Shown here in pieces: positions 49,398-61,999 of a stretch of DNA of 64,000 nucleotides. The position numbers and the translations under genes are program-made. The notes under the pieces are model-generated. The model worked only from the letters and a program-made list of their open reading frames with translations, was not told the origin of the DNA and did not search any database. Numbering within the stretch: the stretch's first letter is position 1; each line of letters opens with the position of its first letter. Origin of the DNA: Vicugna vicugna (lineage: Eukaryota); NCBI GenBank assembly GCA_013265495.1, contig MU062090.1:3039679-3103678 (forward strand), read 5' to 3'.

Positions 49398-52300
49398 CTG
49401 GAAGTATTCCGAAACGATAAGTGTCAAGATTATTTTTGACAGTAAGGAAATAAATTAGGCTTTTAGTCTGGGGGCAGATTATTAAAAAAAAAAAGTAGAG
49501 CAATTTAAAATCTACTGATGAAAAGTTGGCACATATGTTTGCATTTATAGTATTTATACTTGTAGACCTAAAACCTGGAGTTCTACCTTTTCCCCAGCCT
49601 CTTTGCTCTTTACTATTTTAAATTGGAACAATTTTTAACCTAATTTATTGCAAATTTTTAAATTGTAGTGTAGCAATGCTTGACACTATTGAAAGAAAAA
49701 GTACTCAGCTTATTAGTGTAACATTGCAACTATAATATAAGAAGGTCTTATATTAATAACTAATAACTAATCAGATATTAGAACTAATCAACTAGATCAG
49801 TTATTAGAACTGATCAATTTAGTGACATGACCTCTCACCCTAAAAGGCTTTAGAGCAGCGGTTTTGAAGCTTTAGTTGAAATCTCAATTGGAAGCAAACA
49901 ATGAAGACTATTATGATTATATCTTCTGCTCTCCAGTGAATCCCGAGGTTGTCTGTCCTGGTATCAGGCAGGCATTTCACAGACTCCCAGACTTTCAGAT
50001 TTGGAAGGTCTTAAAAAGGTCCCTGTTGTAACCCTCTAATATGGCAGCTAGCCATCCAGCTCTTGTTTAAACACCACCTGCTGGGATGAAAAGCTCACTG
50101 GATAAATACCGCTACTTATCATATTTCTTTCTCCTGTCAAGCCAAAATCTGCATCACTATTTACATCCACCAATGGGCCTCTTTCTGGCCCTCTGGAACC
50201 ACATGGAAAAATCTCATTCTTAAAATATGTGACACGATCATTCTTTTGATTGTGTTAGAGATGCTTATTTTCTTGCAGAAAAAAAGGCCCAGGTCTGTAT
50301 CTTAATAGCTTCTTAACTCGTTTGAAACACAGTTCCCTTATGTGGCTTTATTCCTCAGTGGGAGTCCTCACGGGTCCTTGCTTTAGTTCTTGGACTTTCC
50401 TTCCATCCATTCCCTCATCTACCACTCTACCTTTCATGAGAATGGTTAGAAGAGTTCAGCTCAGCTCACCTCTCTACAGTGGATGGAATGGATAAATAAT
50501 TAGGGAACAGTTATCCCCATAGTGGGCTTTCTTCTGATTTACCAGCCAAATGTTTCACACACCTGGAAACTGCCATAAGACATTTTTCTCTTTATTGTGT
50601 AGGGTTAGGGCTCACTTTCTTAAAAATGCCATAAAAATAAAAAATTTTGTTTAAAATTCTATAAGTATGCTATATATACAAGTTTATTTATTTATTTACA
50701 TTTTAAAAAACCTCAGAACAAGCCCACCTCCAAAGAAATTTATGTTGAAGCTTCCCTTCTCGGCTATTTCAAAATTCTTCAGGCCCTTAGATCCCTTCCA
50801 TGCAAAGCATCTGCATTCAATGCAGTCCAAAATAATGGGGAGCGAGTCTTCAATCCAACCACTTCATTGTAACCTAGTCATTCACTCTTACTGTTGTTTA
50901 CTTAGCTCATAGGTTTAGCTTTTCTTTTTCAGGAGCCCATTGAATGTTTAATGATTTTTTTGTCAGGATATTCAAGATCCAATAATTAATCCCATCATAG
51001 TCATATTAAAGTATAGTGGAAATAAATTTGGGTGTACAGAAAACCTGCACTGCGTCAAATAAGAACAATTATTGCTGACATTATAACTGAATGGTAGCTA
51101 TTTTGAGGCTGAGCTTTCTCCTTTAATAGAAATTTACCATACAAATAAAATCCATCTAGATTCACACTGAAAGTCAACTATTTTTGCCTCCCCCTAGGCA
51201 AGCAAAAGCTACTGGCTAGGCTTCAGGCTCCAGGAACCCAGGAGGTAAATCTTTGGGGTGGGAGAGAGAAGGAGCTGACTTAGAGGTCATGTGTCATTAC
51301 GGAGAGAAATGCATGGGGAGGTTTCTGGAGGGGCTGGCATAATAGGAAGTTGAGAAAAGAAGACAACACAGAAATACCATCATAAGAACTGAAGAACGAT
51401 AAGCAGTGGTACATAGAGATTTTCAGGTTCAACATCCTAACATTGATCATGTCCACATTTCGGTACAGTTTGACTTGCAGTAAAACTTGGTATTGGATGA
51501 GACTTAACTTTGGTAAGGAGCCATCTGTGTGTGATTCCCTCCTCCATCCTGGACTCTTAAAATGTCTCACAGGGAAGGATTAGGTAGCATTCATGACTCA
51601 ATAGGATTTAAATGAATCGTGTTATACATCCCAAGGGCACTTTATATTTTGAGAATTTTACTCCCACTGTGGAATGACAGACTTCGTTCGCTATAAAAGG
51701 ACCTTCTTATATCAGTGGCAGAATAGTGGGGTATGGGGAGGATGAGCAGAGGGTTCTTATACAACCTCGAAAATCCTCCAAGGTGGGTTATTTCCCAATT
51801 AGAGATTGAGTCCTAGTTTCTCTTCCTAAATCTTAAAAGTAATCCTCAAAATGTTTACCTCCTGAAAGTCAGTTTTAAAACTCTATAGCAGTGAGAAAAA
51901 CCAAACCTCTCCCCTCAACAAAGCTCTAGAAATTGAAAACTGAGCAAAAAGATTAAAAAAAAAAAAAAGCAAATTTAAGGCAAAGTAAGTAGGAGAGAAA
52001 TGAAGAAAACTCCAGAAATCAATGAAATAGAAAGTGAGCAAATAGAGAAAATCAGTGAAACGAAAAGTTGTTCCTTTGAAAGATCAATGAAAGTAATAAC
52101 CCCTTGGCTAAACTGATTAACAAAAGAGAAGATATAAATCAATTAAAACTGAGCAAAAAGATTAAAAAAAAAAAAAGCCAACTTTAAGGCTAGGACTTTT
52201 ATAATGTATGAGGTACACATGAGTGTGGTGTTCATTGCCAGGAAAAACAGACCTATTATTTGATTAGAGTTGCTGATCACCATATCTCTGTTTCTCTCTC

Positions 52301-53039
52301 TCTACAGTTGTCTCTTGCTTTTAACAGAACTCTGTTCTTTGAAATTTTCAGATATTAAAATATAATAAGGAAACAGGCAGCTGAACCCACTGCCCAAACT
52401 TTTCACTAATAAACCAAATGAAACACTGCAATGAAAGTTGACTTCTCCTACCATCCCCCATCCCCTCCTCATTTCCCTGACTTCCCCCCTCTCCCCAGAG
52501 GTAGCCATTATCAGGAATTTAGTGAGCTTTTTTCCACCATTTATTTTTACACTTTTATTACATATAAAAAATCCATAAAATATGTGCTGTGTATATGTAG
52601 TTTTGTGTGATTAAAGATTTATATATGATACAAGGTTCTGCAAGTAGGTGCTTGACTTTTTTAATAAATACCACAATTTTGAGATCTATCCACGTTGGCA
52701 CATAAAGCTTCAGTTCACTTACATTATTGTACAGTATTCCATTTTATGAGTATACCACAAGTTACATGTGACTCTGTCTACCAGCTGGCATTTAGATTAT
52801 CTCCCATACTCATGATTATCGACAATGCTATGATGAAGGCTTTTGAACTTACCGCCCTGCACATGTAGGGGAGTTTCTCTACAGACATATCTGGTTTTGT
52901 AGTTTCCCACCAATGGAACATTAAGGCCTAAGGCTGTATGTGTCAGAAAACTCTGCTGTTTCAGGAAGCCTTTTTCGGAGGGGGTCTTTGTTAAGGAGAT
53001 GGGCCCTGCAGCCCAGCAGCTGTGGGTTAGAATGCTGGC

Positions 53040-53220
53040 TCTATCACGTGCCAGTGTGTGGCCCTGACAAGTTAAGCTCGCCACACCTCATTTTCCTCAT
53101 ATATGATTGAGGATATTATCACCGACATCGAAAAGTTCTTGTGAGTATTAAATGAGCTAATATATAGAAAACATTTAGCTCAGTGCCTGGCACCTGCCCA
53201 TTGTAAATAAACATCACATT
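53040..53220 (+). mobile_element. MIR SINE
   Basis: GTGTGGCCCTGACAAGTT...GTGAGTATTAAATGAG...CAGTGCCTGGCAC. Confidence 0.75.
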
Positions 53221-53406
53221 ACTACTGCTATTCAGGGGGGTTAAAGTAACATAAACGATGACCTTGTTGGAGATATTTGTTAAGTCCAGATTTTCACCCA
53301 TAAACCCAGTTCTAATTTTCTCCTGTTTAGACCCAGAACCATACCAATTTCGAGACGGAAGGGCCCCTGATGAGAGCACAGTGGCAGCCAGGAAGGGAAT
53401 CAGTAC

Positions 53407-54429
53407 CTGGCTTATTTTATTATCGTCCAGCGCCAGGATTTCCAGGTTCTTCAGCGCAGAGATCTGCAGTGGACAGCGTTCCAGGTGGTTCTGGCTGAGA
53501 TCCAGGAAGCGCAGGCCGACCAGGCGCCGGCAGCAGCGCCGCAGCACCCGCAGGCTCGTGTTGCGCAGGTACAGCAGGTGCAGCGACGTCCACCTGCAGA
53601 CGAGGTGCGGCACCTTCTCCAGGGGGTTCCCGCTCAGCCCGACCTCCGTCATCTGCGAGAGCTCGGCCAGGGTGTGCGGCACGGCGTGCAGGCGGTTGTA
53701 GGATAAATCCAGCACCGACAGCTTGGTACACTGGCACAGCGACTCGGGGAGCACAGGCAGGCTGTTGTAAGCCACGTAGAACTTCTTCAGCTTCGTCAGG
53801 TTCCCAATCTCTTCTGGGATGACAGTCAGCTTGTTCTCATCCAGGTCAATGATCTCCAGGTTGTCGAGAACGCACAGCTCCAGAGGGAAGGCGTCAAACT
53901 GGTTCTGTTTCAGGTGGATCTCCCTCAGTTTGGTCTGGTTCACTATTTCCTTGGGCAGAGATTTCAGGTGGTTTCCGGCCAGTCCGAGCAGCTCGAGGTG
54001 GTGGAGGAGTTTACAGATGATGATGGGGATCTCCTGCAGGTCCGTGTGGTAGAGGCGGAGCTCTCGCAGCTTGCGGATGCCGCTGAGCACAGGAAGGGCC
54101 GAGGCTAGGAGCGGGTTGTCGCTCAGGTCCAGGCCCTCCAGGTTGCTCAGCTTCGCCAGCTCGGGGCACAGGTTCCTCACCTTGTTCTTGTTCAGGTAGA
54201 GGATTCTGACATTCCTTAAATGCTGAATATCCTCGGGGATTTCTGCAATCTGGTTGTTTTCCAGATGCACCTCCTCTAATTCTTTTAATTCTAAGATCTC
54301 CACTGGAATGGTAGCCAAGTTCTGATTAGAAGCATCGATGAAAAATGTTCTATCAGAAACCTGTTGTAGATCATTTTTCTGATGACTTCTAGATGAACGT
54401 TCTACTGATTTTACGGTATCACTTGACAT
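53407..54429 (-). CDS. LRRIQ4: LRRIQ4 coding exon 1 (1023 nt, 341 codons; leucine-rich repeats)
   Basis: Translation MSSDTVKSVERSSRSHQKNDLQQVSDRTFFIDASNQNLATIPVEILELKELEEVHLENNQI... closely matches recalled human LRRIQ4 (MSKDIKSVEHSPKIHQRNDPQHVNDRTFFIDASNQSL...). ATG at 54429-54427. Upstream acceptor tttcag ends at 54461, giving a 31-nt UTR portion. Donor CAG|GTACTG at 53407/53406. Confidence 0.97.
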
Positions 54430-55069
54430 TATTCTGATGGAAAGTTCAAATAGTCAAAATCTGAAATATTGTGAAAAGAAGGGGAAAAAATCGGTTTATT
54501 GTTTACCTGCCACCAGACTTGGTACCCTTAAGAGAAATAAACGTTAAATGTTGATTAAATCTAGTGCTTGACACTATGACACAACATAAAAGGATTTTGT
54601 GTTTCATGTTGGGAGAAGAATAAAGTGTAGACTCTTCTTTGTCCTAATAGGTTGACTCATATATATTAAAAAAAAGTGTCTAATTTCAGTTTTTAGAAAT
54701 GCTTATTTTGATTCTATTTTCAGGTTGGATGTAGAAGTTTGCAAAAGATCATTGCTCTTACCATGAACACTGAGGAAAACACTAGGAAAGATTAGTATTT
54801 TAAAATATGGCTTTTTTTTCCATAAAGCCACCAGAAAGTTGTGGATACAAAAAAAGGCTGAAAGAATTAAATTCTAGAGATGGACTAGTCCTTCCTAAAT
54901 AAGGAGAGACTAGTGGGCACTTTCATGCCTGGTGGCATTTTCAAGTCTGGGGACTGGCAGGTGGAGAAATAAGGCTCCATAGGTATAGGTAAAAGAATTC
55001 CTGGAATAAGGAGAAATGAGCCAAACTTTTAACAGCCATGTGTGAGCTGGCATGGTGGATTAGAATCTG

Positions 55070-55745
55070 TGAAACCGAGGGTAGTCATCAGTTAGATCCA
55101 TTAAACTATAACTTGCTTTATTAACCTGCCTTCACCCATCAAGCACACATTAATTGTTTTTACAAATACATGTGTATCCTCCAAGTATCAGGCAGCCTAA
55201 ACGGTAAGATACAAGACCCCTTCCCCACCCCTATAGATAGTATGTCTGATGTAGGAGTCGTAAGATGTTTGCCCAATTTGTTTTCAGGTACTTGAAGTCA
55301 GCTGTTGTCCAATCGGTGCTCCAGCCAGTTAAGACTGGTTGGGACTGCTGACCCTGCAACTGGGCATGAGTGAGGGTTTGACTGGTGACCAGTTGGTGTC
55401 AGAGGGTCAAAAACTCCACCCTCAGAGCATGCTAATGCCACTATATTCCGAACATGCATCCTGTGAAGAAGCATGTAGCTTAGTTGTACCCGTGAAGAAT
55501 GACAATTACCTTACCTTTTTCTTATCTCCAACTACCTTTCCTCACACTCCTCACGCCTCAGGCCACCCTTCTTCTTTATCTCATAAATATCCTGGGCTCC
55601 TCATCTTTGAGGAGGTGGATTTGATTTGTTCTCTTGTGTTCTTGCTTGGCTACCTTGTGAATAAACCCTTTCTCTGCTGCAAATCTCTGTATCTCACTGT
55701 TTGGCTTGCTGTGTGTCAGGCAAACAAACCTGATTTAATAACGCC
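55070..55745 (+). mobile_element. ERV1 solo LTR (MER39-like)
   Basis: CATAAATA, AATAAACCCTTTCTCTGCTGCAAA; the 5' edge is approximate. Confidence 0.65.
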
Positions 55746-56101
55746 TGGAGCCCAAATACAGAGTCAGTTCTTCCCACCAGCTAGTTCTCCCCTATTTGAC
55801 TGGAGCTGACTCAGTGTCCCTAGAGAAAATTGTAGGCAGGACTAAAAAGTAGAGAGAGATCCTGTTGTCTCATGGTCTTAGATTCCTACACCTGGTGGGA
55901 TTTGAAATTGCAGTGAATCAAAATGAACTAAAGTTGCAAACCAGAAAGAAATTGAAAGGAGAGATAGGTCATGTCCATGGATGAGAACTCTCAGTGTTAA
56001 AATGTCAGTCATCCCAAATTGATCTATTGTTTCAGTGCAATCCCAATCAAAATCTCAGCAAAGTTTCTTTTTGGTAGAAGCTCACAGTCTGATTCTAAAA
56101 T

Positions 56102-56345
56102 TGTTACTGAACATAAGATTGTGTGCCCAATGCACCGTGAGGCCAAGCAAACTGAAACATCGGGGTTTGGAGCAGAAAAAGGTTTGTTGCAGGGCAGAGC
56201 AAGGAGAATGGGTGGCTTGTGCCCCACAAACTCCCTGAAGGGTTTCAGCTGAACATTTTTAAAGGCCAGCTGAGGGAGGGTCATCCCAGGGTATGTGATT
56301 GCCTGGGCACAATTCTTTGATTGGTTGGTGGTGATTGAATCCTCA
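56102..56345 (-). mobile_element. Truncated ERV1 LTR
   Basis: Aligns by eye with 39812-40050. Confidence 0.75.
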
Positions 56346-56386
56346 GGCACAGCTAATGATAAAGGTGGATTCTCCAGGTGAGATAT

Positions 56387-57783
56387 TGTGATATAATAAG
56401 AAATATATGGTATTGCTCTTTGTTCCCAAGTTCCTGACACAAGAGTTTCTAAAATCCTCAGAATTTTCTGAGTAATAGGAAAGGAGAGGAGTGGAACATC
56501 TTTTGTTATTCAAAATAAGCCCCTTTCAACTACACCTGAGTTTATACTAATGCGTGACTCTTGTTGGGCCCCCAGAAAGCTTCAGGATGGAGGCTGGTTG
56601 CCAGAGGAAACAACCCATTAGAGGTGTGGACCTTACGGCCCTAGCCCCCAGCCTCAGGGAAGGGGAGAGGGGCTGGAGATTGAGTTAAATCACCTATGGC
56701 CAATGATTTAATCAATCGTGCCTATGCAATGGAACCTCCATAAAAACCTTTATTTTTGCATGGAGAGCTTTTGAGTTGATGAACATATGGAGTGCTGGGA
56801 GGGTGTTGTGCCCTGAAAGGGCATGGAAGCTCTACATGCCTTCCCCACACCGGCCCTATGCATCTCTTCCATTTGGTTATTCCTGAGTTGTACCCTTTAT
56901 AATAAACTGGTAATAGTAATGTAGGGAAGCAACACTTGCCACCCCAAAATGTCTCTTTGGTGTGCAGATTATTTCAAGGTGAATATAATCAAGGCACAAA
57001 TGGCTCAGGAAGAAACTTTAACCTTCTCTTTAACTGCCTAAAAGAATTTAGATAGAGGGTGTGTTCCCAGAATAGAGCTATCACCAGAGATATCTGCATA
57101 GAACATGGGCCAGGCGCGTTGGTGGAAACTCCAGGCAGTGCTTAAAGATCAGAGTCCACTCTGTATCCCATTATCTCTGGGTGGCCCATCAAAACATTTG
57201 CTTACCAAACATTCGCTTTTCCTTCCCGATGTAAGTTACTCTCCCTCCCTTTGAAGTCTCAGACCCCCCCAAAATCCTCTTTTGTCTTTAGTTGAAGATG
57301 GTATGTAAGGTGAGGATTTCGGCCACTTTGGTGAGTTACTCAGTTTCCTCAGTGTTTCCCATGTATATGTGTTATTAAACTTTGATTTTCTTCTGTTAAT
57401 CTGTCTCAGGTCAATTTAATTCTTAGACTAGCCAGAAGAACATAGACAGATGGATGAAAATTTCTTCCTCCCTGTCAGTAAGTAAAGTGTTTCCCTGAGT
57501 TCTGTGAACCATCAAAGCAAATTACTGAATCTGAGGAGGGAGGTGTTGGAACCCCTGATGTACAACCCATTGGTAGAAGTACAGATGACAACCTGGGACT
57601 TTTGACTGGTACCAGAAGTAGGAAGCAGCCTTGCTGGGAATAAGCCCTAAGCCTGTGGAGTCTGTGCTAACTCTGGGTAGTTAGCGTCAGAGGTAAATTA
57701 TAGAACACCTAGTTAGTATCTGGAGAGAACTGGAAGATTGTTTGTTGTGCAAACCCCACAGAATTGGTATTAGAAGTGTTCCA
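56387..57783 (+). mobile_element. MER21-like LTR split by a nested LTR
   Basis: TGTGATATAATAAG start; AATAAACTGGTAATAGTAA|...|GTAAAGTGTTTCCCTGAGTTCTGTG continuity across the insert. Confidence 0.75.
56920..57477 (+). mobile_element. Nested ERV1 solo LTR (MER34-like) with 4-bp TSD GTAA
   Basis: TG...CA ends; GTAA at 56916-56919 and 57478-57481. Confidence 0.85.
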
Positions 57784-58399
57784 TGAGTAGGAACTGACGG
57801 AAGTATTGGGATATTGATATTCTTGATTGGTTGTCTTCTTAGGAGAAATGGAGAAATGATAGAAGAGGGGAAAATCTATAATTGGGTAATTATCCCTGAA
57901 AAATTTGTAGAGTGAGGAGTGTCACCAAGCTGGGGTCCAGCAATCCTGTCCTTTTGAAAACCTCTGGCCAGTCACCTAAAGATGAAAAAGACCTTAGTGG
58001 AACATTCTTTTGGCAGAACTGTTAACTCGTGCTGAGCCACAGACCCCCAGCCCCACTGTTGCCAAATTATCGATCTGAGATAGCTTCTCAAGACTTGTTT
58101 CCTTTAAATAAACTCAAAATGGCATTTTATCCATTTTCAAAAATGTTACTATTCTTCACTCCCACCTGTACCACCAAACTGTAGACCTAGTATTTCATAA
58201 ATGAAGCCTCTTCTTTTTCTTTTTTAAAATTTGGTTTTTCAAACTGTCTTTCATTATGAGTGAGCAAGAAGGTTTTGGGCACGATATCACTCCTAATCAC
58301 TGATTTACTTTCTCATCTCTTCAGAAAGTAAAAATGTAAACTTCACACAACTCACTCTTCTTTTATCCATGGGCCAGATCATTGTTAATAATAGAACAC

Positions 58400-58726
58400 T
58401 AATTCTGTCCTCTGCATATTCAGTACCCAAACATGCATGCCACACATGAAGGCAGCTTTTCAGATATTCATTGCAAAATTCAACCAGGAATTTAATTTGC
58501 TATGTGCAACAACTTACACAGCATTTACATTGTATTTACAACTACTTACACAGCATTTACATTGTATTAGGCATTAAAGTTATCTAGAGGTGATTTAAAG
58601 GATACAGGAGAATGTGCATAGATTATATGCAAATATTATGCCATTTCATATAAGACTTGAGTATCCTTAGATTTTTGTATCTGAGTAGGTATTAGAACCA
58701 ATCCCCAAAGATATCTAGTGACAACG
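58400..58726. mobile_element. MER2/Tigger-type DNA transposon fossil
   Basis: CAGCATTTACATTGTATTAGG...TATATGCAAATA...GGAACCAATCCCC-like block. Confidence 0.8.
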
Positions 58727-60399
58727 AGGAATGACAGTATCTTCACATATTCTCTTTGGTTCTGATTTCTAGAAAGCTCAGATTCGAGTTTGACCTCCAC
58801 TCTGAGTTCTTGACACATAAGCACTCAGTGAATCCACTTAGCTTTCCTGAAAGCCAGCTCAGAGGGGTGTCCCTCTCCCCTCCTCCTCTACCTGCCCAAT
58901 CAGTGATTCTCAAGGGGAGGGTTTTTTTCCTGAACAGCATCCTTCCTCCAACTGGAAATCACTGTGGGTAACAAGAAATGTACTAATGGAAATGAGTTGT
59001 GCACATGGTAGTGTCTTTGTGACTGTCCTATTTGCTATACACTTGGACACTGCAGGCTGTAGTTCTGTGTAAATACTGATTTTGGTTTTGTTTTGCTACG
59101 GCAGATAGGGAGAACAGTGCTGTAGGTTCTGTTTGTCTAGTTAAAGCAGCTCTTACCTGTTTATTCTGTTCTGACCCTGTTTGTTAGTCACTCCCTCAAG
59201 CAAAAGTCTGACTCTGCCTTTCTTGCTCCCTTGGAAGATTATCCCTTTCTCCCCCTGGAGTAACAATTAATCCTCAGCTTCTCTTTACTTTCCTCTATTT
59301 TATTGACTCAAAATACTTAAAGGGGGTGGGGGGCTAGGGAAAGGCAGAAGCTGAACTGTACCTGCACTCACACTTTCGTATTTCAAGCTATCTCTCAAAA
59401 CTTTGTTGGTAGCACACATGGGGTGAACAGAAACACAATTGTGTTTTCTGTATCATGTTTAACCTGAAGAAACACTTCAAGTGATGCTTAAAATCTGTGG
59501 GATACACAGCGTTTCAAGAGACCTCTGCCTTGCCCAGCAGTTTCTTGGTAGTGGAGCGATGGTCTGGATTTGCCTGGTGGGGTAGCAGGAGGGAGGCAGG
59601 ACTCGGATGTTTCATTTTTCGCCTTTGAACTGTTCTCCTAGATGGTCTGATATCACCTTGAGAATCTTCCTTCCACCTTTCCTCAGGCAAGGAGTCTCTG
59701 GCGGCTCCAGATCCCTGGCACGGCCCTTCTACTTCCCTCTCGTTGATCTACAGCAACCCCAAACAGAAGGCCTTTCCGCCCCTCCTTCCTCTTCTCTCTC
59801 CCAGTTCCAAGTACCAAATCCTGACCACGTTACCCTGAAAGTATTGCTGGGTGCTGTCCCCTTCTAATTCCCCGAAGTCCAGCCTTAGGTGAAGCCTTAT
59901 GATGTCTCCTGGGTTGGTGCAGACCTTAACCCTTCTAGGTCGTGTCAGATCCATCCTCCATCAGCTGTTTCTGATCTGAGAGCTCCCAGCATCCTGCCCC
60001 TTAACTGCTGTATTTCTCAGACGATGCACAGGGCTCCACGTGGATCTGGCCCCCGTTTGCCACTCCCTCCCACCCGGGCCCTAGCAGTCTGTGCTCATCT
60101 GGGCAGCCCTAAGTACCTGCATGTCTCCAGAATGCACCAAACAGTCCGGCCCTCTGACAGGTTCACTTGGGCCAATCAGGATATTACCTCCTCCAAGAAG
60201 CCCTCCCTGATGCCATTTCCCCTCTACAAGACTGACCCACAAGCTCCTTTATCCTCCCTTAGCTCCGTGTCCTATCCGTGCTAGTGCCACTCTCAGCTTC
60301 TGCACTTGCCTCCGCTGGTACGTGCACACTTTGGGGAGAGGACTGTGTCATAATCGTCTTTGTATCCCCGGCCCCTAGTCCATCAGCCATTTCCCCCTA

Positions 60400-61060
60400 G
60401 ACCTCGAGGACTTCTCCCCGCAAAGGAGCCAGGCTGCCCTCTCTCTGTGTGTTTTTAACCAGGCAGGTGACCGGGACCTAGACGGGGTTACTAAGGAGCC
60501 TCCATGAAACGGGCGGACACTGCCTGCCCAGTCGGGCCTCAGTGACTAAGCGGGTGATGGCAGCGGCTCGCGCAGCCGGCTGATTCCGGCGCTCTGGCCT
60601 TTCCGTGGGCCGGCTCCGCGCAGCCCGAAGGCTGCCCCGGGCGGGGTAGGCGCACGCGCGCGGTCGTCATGCCAACGCCGCCGCCGCCTTGGCCCGCGGG
60701 ATCCCGGCAGCTTGAGGGGCAGGCGGGAGGCCATCCTGGAGTCCCAGAGCCCACTTCCCACCCCGACTACTGCCCCTACTTCGGCCGGGGCTGTGGCCGA
60801 CGGTGGCGGTAAGAAACAGGATGCACTTCGGCGGCGGCCAGGCCCCGAGGAAGCGCGCGAGGGGCGTGGCGGGGCGGGCCGATTTCTCCGACAGGCCTGC
60901 GGGCCGGAGGCGGAGGGGTGGGAGGGTGCCCCTGGGAAGCGCAGCGGTGGCTGGAACTTCGGGTCCCCTAAACGCGGGCTGGAGGGGATCCCCAAGTTCC
61001 CGCGGTGGGCGCGCCCTTTGAGCGGTAGTTTGTCCTGAAGAAAAGTATCGCTTTGCTCCT
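60400..61060. promoter_or_regulatory. CpG island; probable bidirectional LRRIQ4 / LRRC34 promoter
   Basis: Very high GC and CpG density, GC boxes (GGGCGG, GGGGCGTGGCGGGGCGGG), an NRF1-like GCGCACGCGC and an X-box-like GTTACTAAGGAGCC (60487-60500). The position fits the head-to-head human arrangement. Confidence 0.85.
60669..60808 (+). other. LRRC34: Probable LRRC34 exon 1 (human-homologous ATG to donor), frame discordant
   Basis: ATG at 60669 and a strong donor GCG|GTAAGA at 60808/60809. MPTPPPPWPAGSR in frame 0, then SLRGRREAILESQSPLPTPTTAPTSAGAVADGG in the +1 frame, resembles recalled human MAAQPPRPVGERSMGSSREAARAPARSPAWASTQASTPGAALAVQR. Exon 2 was not seen in the window. Confidence 0.55.
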
Positions 61061-61999
61061 ATCTCCGGGAGTGTTGTCTGGATGCTCTTCTCAGACCCCT
61101 TTTTGTGAAGTCTTCAGAAACGGGGCCCAGGTGAGCAAGAGGCTCTGGAAACCGTTCTGTGCACCTTTACCCCACCTGTTTTAAGTAGTTCCTCACCTAT
61201 GAATTATCTTGTAGCAAATGAAGCATAGCGTGCACGCTCCTCTCCCTCCACCATTTCCATTTTGGACGCTTGTTTTACAGTGTGTGCTCCTAGAAATGGA
61301 ACTGTGCCAGAAGCTTTAGGTATACCTCACTGCATCCGTGAGATGGGCATTATTATGCTGTGCCTTTAGCCTAAGAGGAAATTTAAGATCGAAGAATTTA
61401 AGTAACTTATTCAACGTCACACAGTCATTCTGAATAGGCACCTAAGTCTAATTCACCCTCACCCTTGGATTTCCCAGTACTTGGCAGGCTATTCCAGTAT
61501 AGAAGGGCATTGGGAATTACCTCCAAAATGAGCCCTTCTCTAGAAATTTTAAAATGTGCTGCTAGGTAAATACTATTTAGAATTCAGGACTGAGGCGTGG
61601 GTTAAAAATGAAATCTAGGATCTTGACTTATTTTTTGGTGTAATGGTTATTACTAGTATTTGTTTTAGGATTTGAAGTCTGGTTTATTATTTTCACCTAA
61701 TATAAACACAGTATAGTAAATAAATCATTGGTGCCATAGAATCCTGACATACAATAATTAGGTGAATTTTAAATAAAAGAGTAGCAGAAAAATATAGTTG
61801 AAGCCAGGTAATTAAGTAGTCTATTCTTCTTGTAAATTTCTTTAGCTGTATTTTACTTGTAGTCTCAAAGTCCTTCATGCCTGCACAGAAATATGAGTTG
61901 TAAGTCTGACACTTGTCTGTATGTCCTGCATGTCCAGCTGAGAGCAGGCAATGAACCTCAGAGAGATTCTCAAGGCAGTCCTCTCTTCTCTTTGATTAC

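Noticed and set aside
53119-53406. C-terminal 95 aa of the 436-aa ORF as part of LRRIQ4
   Set aside because: Read-through past the donor at 53406 into intron and antisense MIR sequence; LRR similarity resumes only in exon 2.
53258-54108. Overlapping plus-strand and alternative-frame ORFs (147, 105, 77, 73, 64 aa)
   Set aside because: By-products of the stop-poor GC-rich LRRIQ4 exon; no recognisable homology.
55339-55809. 156-aa ORF
   Set aside because: Lies within an LTR; no coding signature.
58510-58570. Tandem duplication CAACT(A)CTTACACAGCATTTACATTGTATT
   Set aside because: Recalled as part of the MER2B consensus rather than a local novelty.
60539-61038. Several 70-150 aa ORFs in the CpG island
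   Set aside because: Expected in high-GC DNA; only the 60669-60808 segment has any homology and splice support.
61693-61880. Minus-strand acceptor-like site plus a 61-aa ORF
   Set aside because: No recognisable homology and no clear donor.
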